26,059 nucleotides of DNA from a virus (Duplodnaviria > Caudoviricetes). The stretch is taken from IMG/VR virus record IMGVR_UViG_3300012953_000192, positions 1 through 26,059 of that record, one strand, 5' to 3'. A program made the translations under genes and the position numbers. Numbering within the stretch: position 1 is the stretch's first letter; every line of letters begins with the position of its first letter. The notes beneath the pieces are model-generated. The model had not been told where the DNA came from. It made no database searches and saw nothing but the letters and a program-made list of their open reading frames with translations. Shown here piece after piece: positions 19,201 to 25,424 of the stretch.

Positions 19201-20830
19201 CACTATTAACAATGCTGGAGGATCTGGATATCAAGTTGGTGATGTTGTTGGAATTACTACAATTGGAGCAGCATCTGTTGGTAGAAATGCAAGGCTAACA
19301 ATTGCAGGAATTGGAGTTACTAATGAACTTATACTCAATAATGTTCAAGGTGAGTTTGTTGTTGGTGCAGCAAATACAATGTTCTTCTTCAATAGTTCTG
19401 GTATTTCTACGGAATTAAATTCTTCTGGTGCTGTTGGACTTGGAACTGGTGGAGATGTTCAACTTTCAAATATAATTACCAATAGTGATGGATTGCATCT
19501 TACAGTTAATCATCAAAATCATGGTATGTATTTCTCTAATAATTCCGTAAATATATCCGGAGTGCATCCTGATGTTAAACCTACTAAATTAACCGCAGAA
19601 TACTCTTCCACTTCTACAAGTCAAATTGCTGTTGGTGGAGCAACAACATTCTCAACTTTTGAAAGTGTTGGAGTTGGAACAACTAATGTAGGTTACTTAT
19701 TAATTGATGATGAAATTATTGAATATACTAATGTAAGTGGAAACAGTATTGGAGGAAACATAGTAAGAGGTACAAATCCAAAAACGTATCCAGTTGGTAC
19801 TCCTGTTTACAAGTATGAACTTGGAGGAATCAACCTTAATAGAATTAACAGAACTCATGATTTAAGTAATGTTACTACTTTAAATCCATTCACATTTGAC
19901 AAGTATCAAGTTAAAATTGATACTAGTGCAACCACAGGAACTGACAGAAGTACTGATGTTGGATTCTCCAAACTCTACATAACGGGTGATAGATCTACCG
20001 GAGGATCTAGAGTTAGAGCAACTCAAAACATGCCTTTTGAAATTATTACCCCACAAGTTCAAAATCTAACTGTTCCTGGAACTAGTATTACGGGTGAAAT
20101 AAGAACAATCACTTCTCAAAGTTTTAGTGGAAATGAATTACCTTTCGTTGATGCTGGATTCCAAGATATTACTATAAATCAAAAGAATTATTTTGATACC
20201 CCAAGAATGATTGCTTCTAAGATAAATGAAGATGCACAACTTATCAATATTGTTGGTGGTAAGTCAATGCAGATGAGACTTTTCCTCTCATCTATAGATA
20301 GTCGCCTAAGTCCTGTTATTGATGCTCAAAGAGTAAATGCAATTCTTACTTCTAATAGAGTAAATAATATTATTACAAACTATGCGACAGATTCTAGAGT
20401 AAATAGTGCTACTGAAGATCCAACAGCATTCCAATATCTTTCTAAAGAAATTGTTCTGGAAAATCCAGCATCTTCTATTAAAATTATTGTTGCTGCTCAT
20501 GTTAATGAAGGATCTGACATTAGAGCATTCTTTGCCACTAATAACAAACCGGGATCAGATCCTGTATTTACTCCCTTCCCTGGATATGCTAATCTGAATG
20601 AAAGAGGAGAAGTTATTGCACCTGAAAACAATAATGGTGAATCCGATTCCTTCATAACTAAGTCAAGCACTCTCTCCTTTGAGAGTAGAGAACTTGACTA
20701 TAGAGAATATACATTTACCATTGACAGATTGCCATCATTCAGAACATATAGAATCAAACTGGATCTGACATCTACAAGTCAGTGCTTCGTGCCAAGAGTG
20801 AAAGAACTTAGAGTTATTGCTTTAGCATAA
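13277..20830 (+). CDS. Large virion structural protein, DUF4815/VrlC-like (2517 aa), probably baseplate or fibre associated
   Basis: N-terminus NLNVAPYFDDF...KVLFKPGFPVQARELTTLQSILQNQI, plus AAPGADRL, LARRTFDESGHY, LEDRIKSLEYYTTLSLLE, RFKSGFFVDNF, DPLAQSF, GSLFKSQNASTW..SQWEDLKF and C-terminal PRVKELRVIALA, match the large structural protein that follows gp8 in T4-like cyanophages. Confidence 0.8.
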   Translation: MPQQTNLNVAPYFDDFDATNDYHKVLFKPGFPVQARELTTLQSILQNQIERFGQHFFKEGSKVIPGNTGYSRIYYCVQLENTYQGVPVAAYVDQLVGTKITGQNSGVTAFVDSVLLPENSERGNLTLYINYLTSSTNNNSTQIFSDGEPIFCNEVLSSGLLGNSTIAAGTPLAVTLETAAAATGSVFQIDSGVYFIRGNFVNVNKESLVLDQYNTSPNYRIGLLIDESIITSDVDEELNDNSQGFNNYAAPGADRLRISVSLFKKALDDFNDDNFILLATVINGVLQVNKRKSIAGGGIGFSDLTDVLARRTFDESGHYYVKPFDVTVVNSLNDRVGNGGIFNTGQFSPGGVTVSDDLALYKISPGKAYVKGYEIESLNAVYLDIDKPRTTRTLEDQNIIYNTGSTLRLNRVYRNPTVGLGNTYFISLRDQRVGSDQETLPGNEVGVARVYDFRLESGSYNTSDGNLNEWNLALYDVQTNVEISINQSHTLSTPTFVKGANSGATGFLRHAVSAGTALTVYESEGSFVVNERLIFNGVDDGRIAIAITEHNISDAKSVYGMVGFDGTDSSVGINTFSADVIQSTKFTVGIATVSPLVGGVSTVKSNNPAFPGTLVKENDLIEYTDNTTGGLLTEDPIVARVVSVGTTHIDIEGVTAVAGISSGLLPAAALNVTDFKVITTDLASSSDDSLFTALSKINVSNVSLDDASLTIRKTFNVTIASNELSTQVVAGTNETFLSFDEERYLLIRDDGTTESLNGDQLDISPNGKTLQIRDLGSNSGATLIASLKKVKPKAKQKIKNRVSSITIDKSKLVGSGIGTTTLNNGLTYGSFPFGTRVEDEVISLNTPDLIQIHGIFESADTSAASCPQVTLQTINTTSTTTQELLIGERLIGQTSGAVAIVAEKLDNSNISFIYKNEIGFIEGETVEFDESVASALVSSLVTPSFNISSNYSFQTGQEKTFYDHGRIKRKADSSAPTKQLKIYFMNASFSSTDDGDITTVESYDQFDYSKEIKNIDFNRNSDIIDIRPRVSTFVTASTNTRSPLEFLGRTFTASGQSATTVLASDEAILADVSYYQGRIDRVYLTKEGRFQIMYGTPSDVPDRPEPIDDAIEICRVNLPPFLYDPKQASLSFMQHKRYQMQDIKKLEDRIKSLEYYTTLSLLEKETANFFVPDDNGLNRFKSGFFVDNFNDFQAQELDIRVNNSIDRKFNELRPRHYTNSVDLIFGPVIDTDPTADLDFADIEGNNTRKQNDVVTLDYSEVEFIKQNFATRTESVTPFLISFWNGTIELTPASDNWVDTNRLEAKIIETEGNYNEVFNDNVEAGVIDPQTGFGPMIWDSWETNWTGIEVVDSTRQRVIQNGPDTIHRQGPGGRARQSRNTRTVTDQVIEEEIRVTREFGTVSRSGLRTIVTEQFDRESVGDRVVSRDLIPFMRSRNVEFVSKKMKPLTRMYGFFDGVDITEYCVPKLLEITMTSGTFQVGETVVGEMGTVGRGETTAESNANIRFRVAQSNHREGPYNSPTKTYVENPYLNLPLSASYSSTSTILNVDTFSLASQARGDFYGWVKEGMTFIGSTSGAIATVENVRLISDLSATLIGSYYIPDPNNITFPRFECGTKTFTLTNDIDNNQDNSSTIAEESFSASGTLETVQENIISVRNARVELKNEFQSRNVNRDLGTEVIDSRVVSSRTRTQTIITWYDPLAQSFLVEDETGVFLTSCDVFFRSKDDMDIPVVFQLRTMINGSPSARVLPFSEVVLDPDDVQTSADGSIATNIQFKAPVYVEGGTEYAVCLASNSTKYSVYISRIGENDLLTDTFISNQPYLGSLFKSQNASTWEPSQWEDLKFTLYRADFLDTGSVEFYSPELTRGNAQIAKLTPDPIVLQSRSIRVGLGTTVADTYEFGNTFFQSGTNATGDLVGTAGSAVGNLSITNAGLGYTPADGGQTFAGVNLITLTGNGRGATADITIRNGSIVSSGATINNAGGSGYQVGDVVGITTIGAASVGRNARLTIAGIGVTNELILNNVQGEFVVGAANTMFFFNSSGISTELNSSGAVGLGTGGDVQLSNIITNSDGLHLTVNHQNHGMYFSNNSVNISGVHPDVKPTKLTAEYSSTSTSQIAVGGATTFSTFESVGVGTTNVGYLLIDDEIIEYTNVSGNSIGGNIVRGTNPKTYPVGTPVYKYELGGINLNRINRTHDLSNVTTLNPFTFDKYQVKIDTSATTGTDRSTDVGFSKLYITGDRSTGGSRVRATQNMPFEIITPQVQNLTVPGTSITGEIRTITSQSFSGNELPFVDAGFQDITINQKNYFDTPRMIASKINEDAQLINIVGGKSMQMRLFLSSIDSRLSPVIDAQRVNAILTSNRVNNIITNYATDSRVNSATEDPTAFQYLSKEIVLENPASSIKIIVAAHVNEGSDIRAFFATNNKPGSDPVFTPFPGYANLNERGEVIAPENNNGESDSFITKSSTLSFESRELDYREYTFTIDRLPSFRTYRIKLDLTSTSQCFVPRVKELRVIALA

Positions 20831-20831
20831 T

Positions 20832-21056
20832 ATGGAATTTTACGAAATGGAAGGTCATAAGGATCTCGCAAGAGATCCTGAAACCAATGCAATCATTAAT
20901 GTAAATAATTTGGAATATACTCAGTATCTTTCAAGACGTGAAGTAAAAATTGAAAAGAATGAAAAAGTACAGACAATGGAAGAAGATCTTGCTAACGTGA
21001 AGAGTGAACTTAATGAAATCAAGTCGTTACTAAAGGAGTTATTACATGGATCCTGA
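20832..21056 (+). CDS. Small hypothetical protein with C-terminal coiled coil (74 aa)
   Basis: Starts 1 nt after the upstream stop (TAA T ATG). EGHKDLARDPETNAIIN resembles the small conserved ORF I recall following the large structural gene in cyanomyoviruses. Heptad pattern in MEEDLANVKSELNEIKSLLKELL. Confidence 0.75.
   Translation: MEFYEMEGHKDLARDPETNAIINVNNLEYTQYLSRREVKIEKNEKVQTMEEDLANVKSELNEIKSLLKELLHGS
21033..21038 (+). promoter_or_regulatory. Shine-Dalgarno (AAGGAG) for ORF 21046
   Basis: AAGGAG lies 7 nt upstream of ATG 21046. Confidence 0.75.
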
Positions 21057-21228
21057 TAGCATAACACTAAGCAACTTATCAAAACAATTTGCTTATACTA
21101 AGATGGCATCACAAATAGATAGTTGTGATGATCGTGAAGAATTAAAAAATATTGCAAAATCTTTTTGCAAACTATATTATAAACAGCAAGAAACCATGAA
21201 ACTTATAGGAATTGCAAATGCCGAGTAG
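21046..21228 (+). CDS. Small helical protein, putative NblA-like (phycobilisome degradation adaptor-like), 60 aa
   Basis: Strong SD and overlaps with both neighbours support a real gene. The pattern L-S-x-L-x-x-Q-F-x4-M-x3-ID-x3-D-x3-L-x2-IAK-x5-Y-x2-Q and the size match my recollection of NblA-family helix-loop-helix proteins. The gene is well supported; the function is tentative. Confidence 0.5.
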   Translation: MDPDSITLSNLSKQFAYTKMASQIDSCDDREELKNIAKSFCKLYYKQQETMKLIGIANAE

Positions 21229-21604
21229 AAGTATTACATTCAATCCTGATACAGGGGTACCTTATGGTGCAAATTTAACCATTTATGGTGGTTCTGATTT
21301 TAATACTACTTTCAATATTACTGATGATGCAAATACAAATTTTAATCTAACAAGTTATAGTGGTTCTGCTGCTATATCAAAGAGTGTATCTATTGGTGCA
21401 ACTTTAGGTATTACAACAACATTTACAGTCGGAATCACAAGTGCTATTGGTGGTAAGTTAGAAATATCTTTAGGATCAACTGCAACTAGGAATCTTGCGG
21501 AAGGAAGATATGTATATGATGTTTTGATTAGTAGTGGATCTACAACTTATACTTTGGTAAATGGTAATATAATGGTAGTCCCAGTAGTATCGGCAGCACC
21601 ATAA
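21218..21604 (+). CDS. Small beta-rich (Ig-like) putative virion protein (128 aa from ATG 21218)
   Basis: AGGA at 21207-21210 sits 7 nt before ATG 21218, so this start is preferred over TTG 21212. The pattern NLTI.GGSDF..TF...NLTSY.....ISK...F...I....GG.LEISL....T..L..GRYVYDVLI is a recurring small cyanophage structural domain. Confidence 0.7.
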   Translation: MPSRSITFNPDTGVPYGANLTIYGGSDFNTTFNITDDANTNFNLTSYSGSAAISKSVSIGATLGITTTFTVGITSAIGGKLEISLGSTATRNLAEGRYVYDVLISSGSTTYTLVNGNIMVVPVVSAAP

Positions 21605-21607
21605 ATA
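21601..21607 (+). promoter_or_regulatory. T4-type late promoter (ATAAATA) upstream of gp13
   Basis: ATAAATA overlaps the upstream TAA stop (21602-21604) and lies 22 nt before ATG 21630. Confidence 0.7.
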
Positions 21608-21629
21608 CATTTAGGAAACTAGAGAATAA

Positions 21630-22478
21630 ATGGCTCAACCAGCAAGTAGAACAGATCTAGTTAATTATTGCAAAAGGCAACTGGGAGCACCAGTGCTTGA
21701 AATTAATGTTGCCGACGAGCAAATAGATGATCTTATTGATGACGCAGTGCAATATTTTCAAGAGAGACACTTTGATGGTGTAACTCAGACATTTTTAAAA
21801 TATAAAATAACCCAAGAGGATATTGATAGGGGAAGAGCAAGAGGTGGTTCTGATAATGCTGCAGGTATCACAACATCCACTGGAACTTCTACCATTGATG
21901 GGAATTCTGTATCTTTTTCTTTTGAAGAAAATAGCAACTACCTTCAAGTTCCACCAGAAATTATTGGAATAACAAAAATATTTAAATTTGATGGATCAAA
22001 CACTGTAACTAATAATATGTTTAGTGTTAAATATCAGTTGTTCTTAAATGATATGTATTATTGGGGGTCAACTGAAATTTTAACTTATGCAATGACTAAA
22101 AGATATCTTGAAGATATTGATTTTGCTTTGAGTACTGATAAAGCAATAAGATTTAATCAGAGACAAGATAGATTATATCTAGATTTTGATTGGGGATCTG
22201 CAACCAAAGATGATTATCTTATTATTGATTGCTACCGCATGTTAGATCCAAATTCATATTCAAGAGTTTGGAATGATTCATTCTTAAAAAAATATGTAAC
22301 CGCACTTGTTAAAAAACAATGGGGACAAAATTTAATAAAATTTCAGGGAGTTAAATTACCTGGGGGAATTGAGTTAAATGGTCGTCAAATTTATGATGAT
22401 GCTCAGAAAGATTTAGAAGTTATTAGAGAGCAGATGTCTAATACTTATGAACTTCCTCCATACGATATGATAGGTTGA
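21630..22478 (+). CDS. gp13: Neck protein gp13 (282 aa)
   Basis: YCKRQLGAPVLEINVADEQIDDLIDDAVQYF.ERHFDG at the N-terminus and W.DSFLKKYVTALVKKQWGQNLIKFQGVKLPGGIELNG near the C-terminus are hallmark gp13 motifs. Confidence 0.93.
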   Translation: MAQPASRTDLVNYCKRQLGAPVLEINVADEQIDDLIDDAVQYFQERHFDGVTQTFLKYKITQEDIDRGRARGGSDNAAGITTSTGTSTIDGNSVSFSFEENSNYLQVPPEIIGITKIFKFDGSNTVTNNMFSVKYQLFLNDMYYWGSTEILTYAMTKRYLEDIDFALSTDKAIRFNQRQDRLYLDFDWGSATKDDYLIIDCYRMLDPNSYSRVWNDSFLKKYVTALVKKQWGQNLIKFQGVKLPGGIELNGRQIYDDAQKDLEVIREQMSNTYELPPYDMIG

Positions 22479-22482
22479 TATC

Positions 22483-23934
22483 ATGGTATTAAATCCATTT
22501 TTTACTCAAGGAACCACTGGTGAGCAAAATTTAGTTCAAAGTCTAATTAATGAACAATTGAGGATGTATGGTGTTGACATCTATTATATCCCAAGAAAAT
22601 ATATGACTGAAAATACAGTCATAAGAGAAGTAATACAATCTAAATTTGATAGTGCTTTACCAATTGAGGCATATGTTGATAACTACGATGCTTATTCTGG
22701 TGCTGGAGATGTTTTATCAAAATTTGGTATTGAATCTAAAGATGAAGTTAGATTGATTATATCAAGAGAAAGATATGAAAATTATATTACTCCATTAATT
22801 CAGGGACAAGCAAATATAAAACTCTCCACTCGTCCAAAAGGTGGGGATTTAATATGGTTCCCTCTAGATGATCGTCTTTATGAAATTAAAGACATTGAAT
22901 ATGCAAAACCATATTATCAACTACAAAATCTCTATGTTTATGAGTTGTATTGTGAACTCTTCCGTTTGGAGGACGAAGTTATTGCTACAGGAATTGATGA
23001 TATTGATAATGAATTACTTGGCGACGATTATAATGGACAAACGGATGATGGTATTAATACTATCCAAGGTCCTACACAAACACTTACTTTAGTTGGTGCT
23101 GCTGTTCAGGCAACTGCAACGGTTGCTATATTTGATGGTGGTGTAAGACAATTTACAATATCAAACAGAGGTGGTGGATATAGTAGTGTACCAACTGTAG
23201 TTGTCTCTGCTGCTCCTTCAGGAGGGACCACAGCAGTCGGTATTGCAACTATGATTGGTGGTATCAATGTATGTAATTTAAATGCAAATCCAAGATTACA
23301 ATCAGTTCAAAGAGTTGATGTAGCAAATTCTGGTGCTGGATACACTGTAGCACCAGGTGTTAGATTTACTGGTGGTGGATCTGGTGGAACTGGTGCTGCT
23401 GCAACTGCAACGATTGGTGATGGTGTTGTTGGGATCGTTACCATTACAAACGGTGGTTCGGGATACATAGTTCCTCCTACAATCACATTTAGTAGTGAAG
23501 TATTTAAGAGTGGTGTCACAACTGTATCTGCTGCTGCAACATCTGTTGTAAGTGCTGCTGGAACAATTTCAAATATCTTCCTAACAAATTCTGGTGTTGG
23601 GTACTCTGTTGCACCTACGATGACTATCACATCTTCCGGAAGTTCCGGAAGTGGAACATTCCAATTTAATGAAATAGTAATTGGATCGTCTAGTGGAACA
23701 ACTGGAAGAGTTAGAATTTGGAACTCGGAAACGAATGAACTTGAGGTTGGCACTGTAACTGGAGAATTTACCCGTGGAGAGACTATTACTGGTCAAACTT
23801 CTGGTGCAGCATATGAACTGAGAGTGGCAGATGCACAACCTGCGGACGATGGATTTGCTGATAATATTAATATTGAGTTAGAGGCAGATAAGATACTTGA
23901 CTTTAGTGAGCAGAACCCATTCGGTACGCCCTAA
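22483..23934 (+). CDS. gp14: Neck protein gp14 with internal repeat insertion (483 aa)
   Basis: N-terminus LNPFF...EQNLVQSLINEQLRMYGVDIYYIPR, then LSKFG, RPKGGDLIWFP, PYYQL...YVYELYCELF, and C-terminus ILDFSEQNPFG. It follows gp13. Confidence 0.9.
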   Translation: MVLNPFFTQGTTGEQNLVQSLINEQLRMYGVDIYYIPRKYMTENTVIREVIQSKFDSALPIEAYVDNYDAYSGAGDVLSKFGIESKDEVRLIISRERYENYITPLIQGQANIKLSTRPKGGDLIWFPLDDRLYEIKDIEYAKPYYQLQNLYVYELYCELFRLEDEVIATGIDDIDNELLGDDYNGQTDDGINTIQGPTQTLTLVGAAVQATATVAIFDGGVRQFTISNRGGGYSSVPTVVVSAAPSGGTTAVGIATMIGGINVCNLNANPRLQSVQRVDVANSGAGYTVAPGVRFTGGGSGGTGAAATATIGDGVVGIVTITNGGSGYIVPPTITFSSEVFKSGVTTVSAAATSVVSAAGTISNIFLTNSGVGYSVAPTMTITSSGSSGSGTFQFNEIVIGSSSGTTGRVRIWNSETNELEVGTVTGEFTRGETITGQTSGAAYELRVADAQPADDGFADNINIELEADKILDFSEQNPFGTP

Positions 23935-23937
23935 ATA
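23931..23937 (+). promoter_or_regulatory. T4-type late promoter (CTAAATA) upstream of gp15
   Basis: TAAATA core overlapping the gp14 stop, ~37 nt before ATG 23975. An AGGA SD is at 23963-23966. Confidence 0.6.
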
Positions 23938-23939
23938 AA

Positions 23940-23960
23940 AATATCTTAATATAAGATATT
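23940..23960. repeat. Perfect 9-bp inverted repeat (AATATCTTA-ata-TAAGATATT)
   Basis: 23940-23948 is the exact reverse complement of 23952-23960, with a 3-nt spacer, in the gp14-gp15 intergenic gap. Confidence 0.8.
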
Positions 23961-23974
23961 GTAGGAATTTAAAA

Positions 23975-24973
23975 ATGTTTGAGTATTTTTATAACGAAAT
24001 TTTGAGGAGAACCATTATCTCTTTTGGTACTCTGTTCAATAATATTTCAATAAAACATGAAGATTCTGATGATAAAGTTGTTAGTGTTATAAAAGTTCCT
24101 CTGTCATACGGTCCTACTCAAAAATTTCTAGCAAGACTGGAGCAGTCCCCAGACCTTAATAAACCTTTTGCTATTACTCTTCCGAGAATGTCATTTGAGT
24201 TTACTGGACTGACATACGATCCTAGTAGAAAAGTTACTACAACATCAACATTCACCGTAAAGGATCCTAATGATGGCACTGAGTCTAAAAAGTCTTACAT
24301 GCCTGTCCCATATAATATGCAATTTGAACTTGCCATCATGTGCAAATTAAATGATGATGCACTTCAAATTGTGGAACAAATTTTACCATATTTTCAACCA
24401 GCATATAACGTCACAGTAGAACTAGTTGAAGCACTTCAAGAAAAAAGAGATATTCCTGTTATCCTAGAAAATGTTACTTTCCAAGATGATTATGAAGGAG
24501 ATTTTACTAATAGAAGAGTTCTTCTTTATACTTTAAGATTTACTGCAAAAACGTATTTGTTTGGTCCTGCATCTTCTGCAACAAAAGATATCATCAAAAA
24601 AGCAACTATCAGTTATCTCACTGGAACAGATATTACAAATACAACCAGAGAAAAAACTTACTCTGTCGAACCAAGAGCAATCAAGAACTACACAGGGGAC
24701 GCGGCAACCACACTGGCAGAAAATATTACAATATCAAAAACAGCATTTAACGTTGCCGATGCTAGTGGTCTCACCGAAAAAACATATGTCGATCTTAATG
24801 GAGAAGAGATATTCATCACTAAGATAACTGGTAATAGAATTAACGTGAAGAGAGGTCAAGATGGTACTACTATTACTGAGCACTTAACAGGAGAGGAAAT
24901 CTTTATTATTGACGCTGCAGATACTGCATTGATTGAAGTTGGAGATGACTTTGGATTTAGTGGTGGGTTCTGA
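23975..24973 (+). CDS. gp15: Tail sheath stabilizer / tail terminator gp15 (332 aa)
   Basis: YFYNEILRRTIISFGTLFNNI, KVPLSYGPTQKFLARL, TLPRMSFE, PVPYN..FEL, DDALQIVEQILPYFQP and RDIPVIL..V...DDYEGDF..RR...YTL.FTAK.YLFGP are canonical gp15 motifs. Confidence 0.93.
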   Translation: MFEYFYNEILRRTIISFGTLFNNISIKHEDSDDKVVSVIKVPLSYGPTQKFLARLEQSPDLNKPFAITLPRMSFEFTGLTYDPSRKVTTTSTFTVKDPNDGTESKKSYMPVPYNMQFELAIMCKLNDDALQIVEQILPYFQPAYNVTVELVEALQEKRDIPVILENVTFQDDYEGDFTNRRVLLYTLRFTAKTYLFGPASSATKDIIKKATISYLTGTDITNTTREKTYSVEPRAIKNYTGDAATTLAENITISKTAFNVADASGLTEKTYVDLNGEEIFITKITGNRINVKRGQDGTTITEHLTGEEIFIIDAADTALIEVGDDFGFSGGF

Positions 24974-25401
24974 TGAAAATGACAAAAAACTTTGACGATT
25001 TAAATGACGCATTCAATACTTCCGGTGACGTTATAAAACCAGAAGTAGTTGAGAGTAAAATTGAAAAAGTCAAAGAGGGTGTTGATGACATCAAAAAAGA
25101 TTATGATTATACAAGAGGTAATCTCTATTCAATCATAGAAAAAGGGCAAGAAGCAATTAATGGTATTCTTGAACTTGCTCAAGAAAGTGAAATGCCAAGA
25201 GCATATGAAGTCGCTGGACAGTTAATTAAGAATGTAGCAGATGCTACTGATAAATTAATGGATCTTCAGAAAAAATTAAAAGATGTTGAGGAAGAGAACC
25301 AAACAAAAGGTCCATCAACGGTTAACAATGCATTATTTGTTGGATCAACAGCAGATCTGGCAAAGATGCTGAAAGATGGATTAAAAGAGGACAATAAATA
25401 G
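24973..25401 (+). CDS. gp16: Terminase small subunit gp16 (142 aa; alternative start ATG 24979)
   Basis: DYDYTRGNLYSIIEKGQEAI.GILELAQESE.PRAYEVAGQLIKNVAD..DKL.DLQKK and NNALFVGSTADL are T4-like small terminase motifs. TGATG stop/start overlap with gp15. Confidence 0.93.
   Translation: MKMTKNFDDLNDAFNTSGDVIKPEVVESKIEKVKEGVDDIKKDYDYTRGNLYSIIEKGQEAINGILELAQESEMPRAYEVAGQLIKNVADATDKLMDLQKKLKDVEEENQTKGPSTVNNALFVGSTADLAKMLKDGLKEDNK
25393..25400 (+). promoter_or_regulatory. T4-type late promoter (AATAAATA) at the end of gp16
   Basis: ATAAATA overlaps the last codons of gp16, followed by SD GAGGAG at 25409-25414 and GTG at 25425. Confidence 0.65.
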
Positions 25402-25424
25402 TAAAATAGAGGAGATATATTAAA

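Noticed and set aside
20901-20907. GTAAATA inside the 74-aa ORF as a dedicated promoter for the NblA-like gene
   Set aside because: TAAATA is frequent by chance in this AT-rich sequence and the site is ~140 nt from the start codon, so it is unsupported without TSS data.
21212-21214. TTG start for the 130-aa ORF
   Set aside because: AGGA at 21207-21210 is too close to TTG 21212 but well spaced for ATG 21218.
23633-23651. Palindrome and direct repeat CTTCCGGAAGTTCCGGAAG
   Set aside because: It encodes an SSGSSGS linker in gp14 and is explained by codon repetition.
5383-24827. Short alternative-frame + strand ORFs (5383-5604, 16557-16808, 18741-18947, 20406-20597, 22868-23092, 24561-24827)
   Set aside because: Fully nested in larger genes, with the Leu/Ile/Met/Gln-rich composition typical of off-frame reads and no supporting signals noticed.
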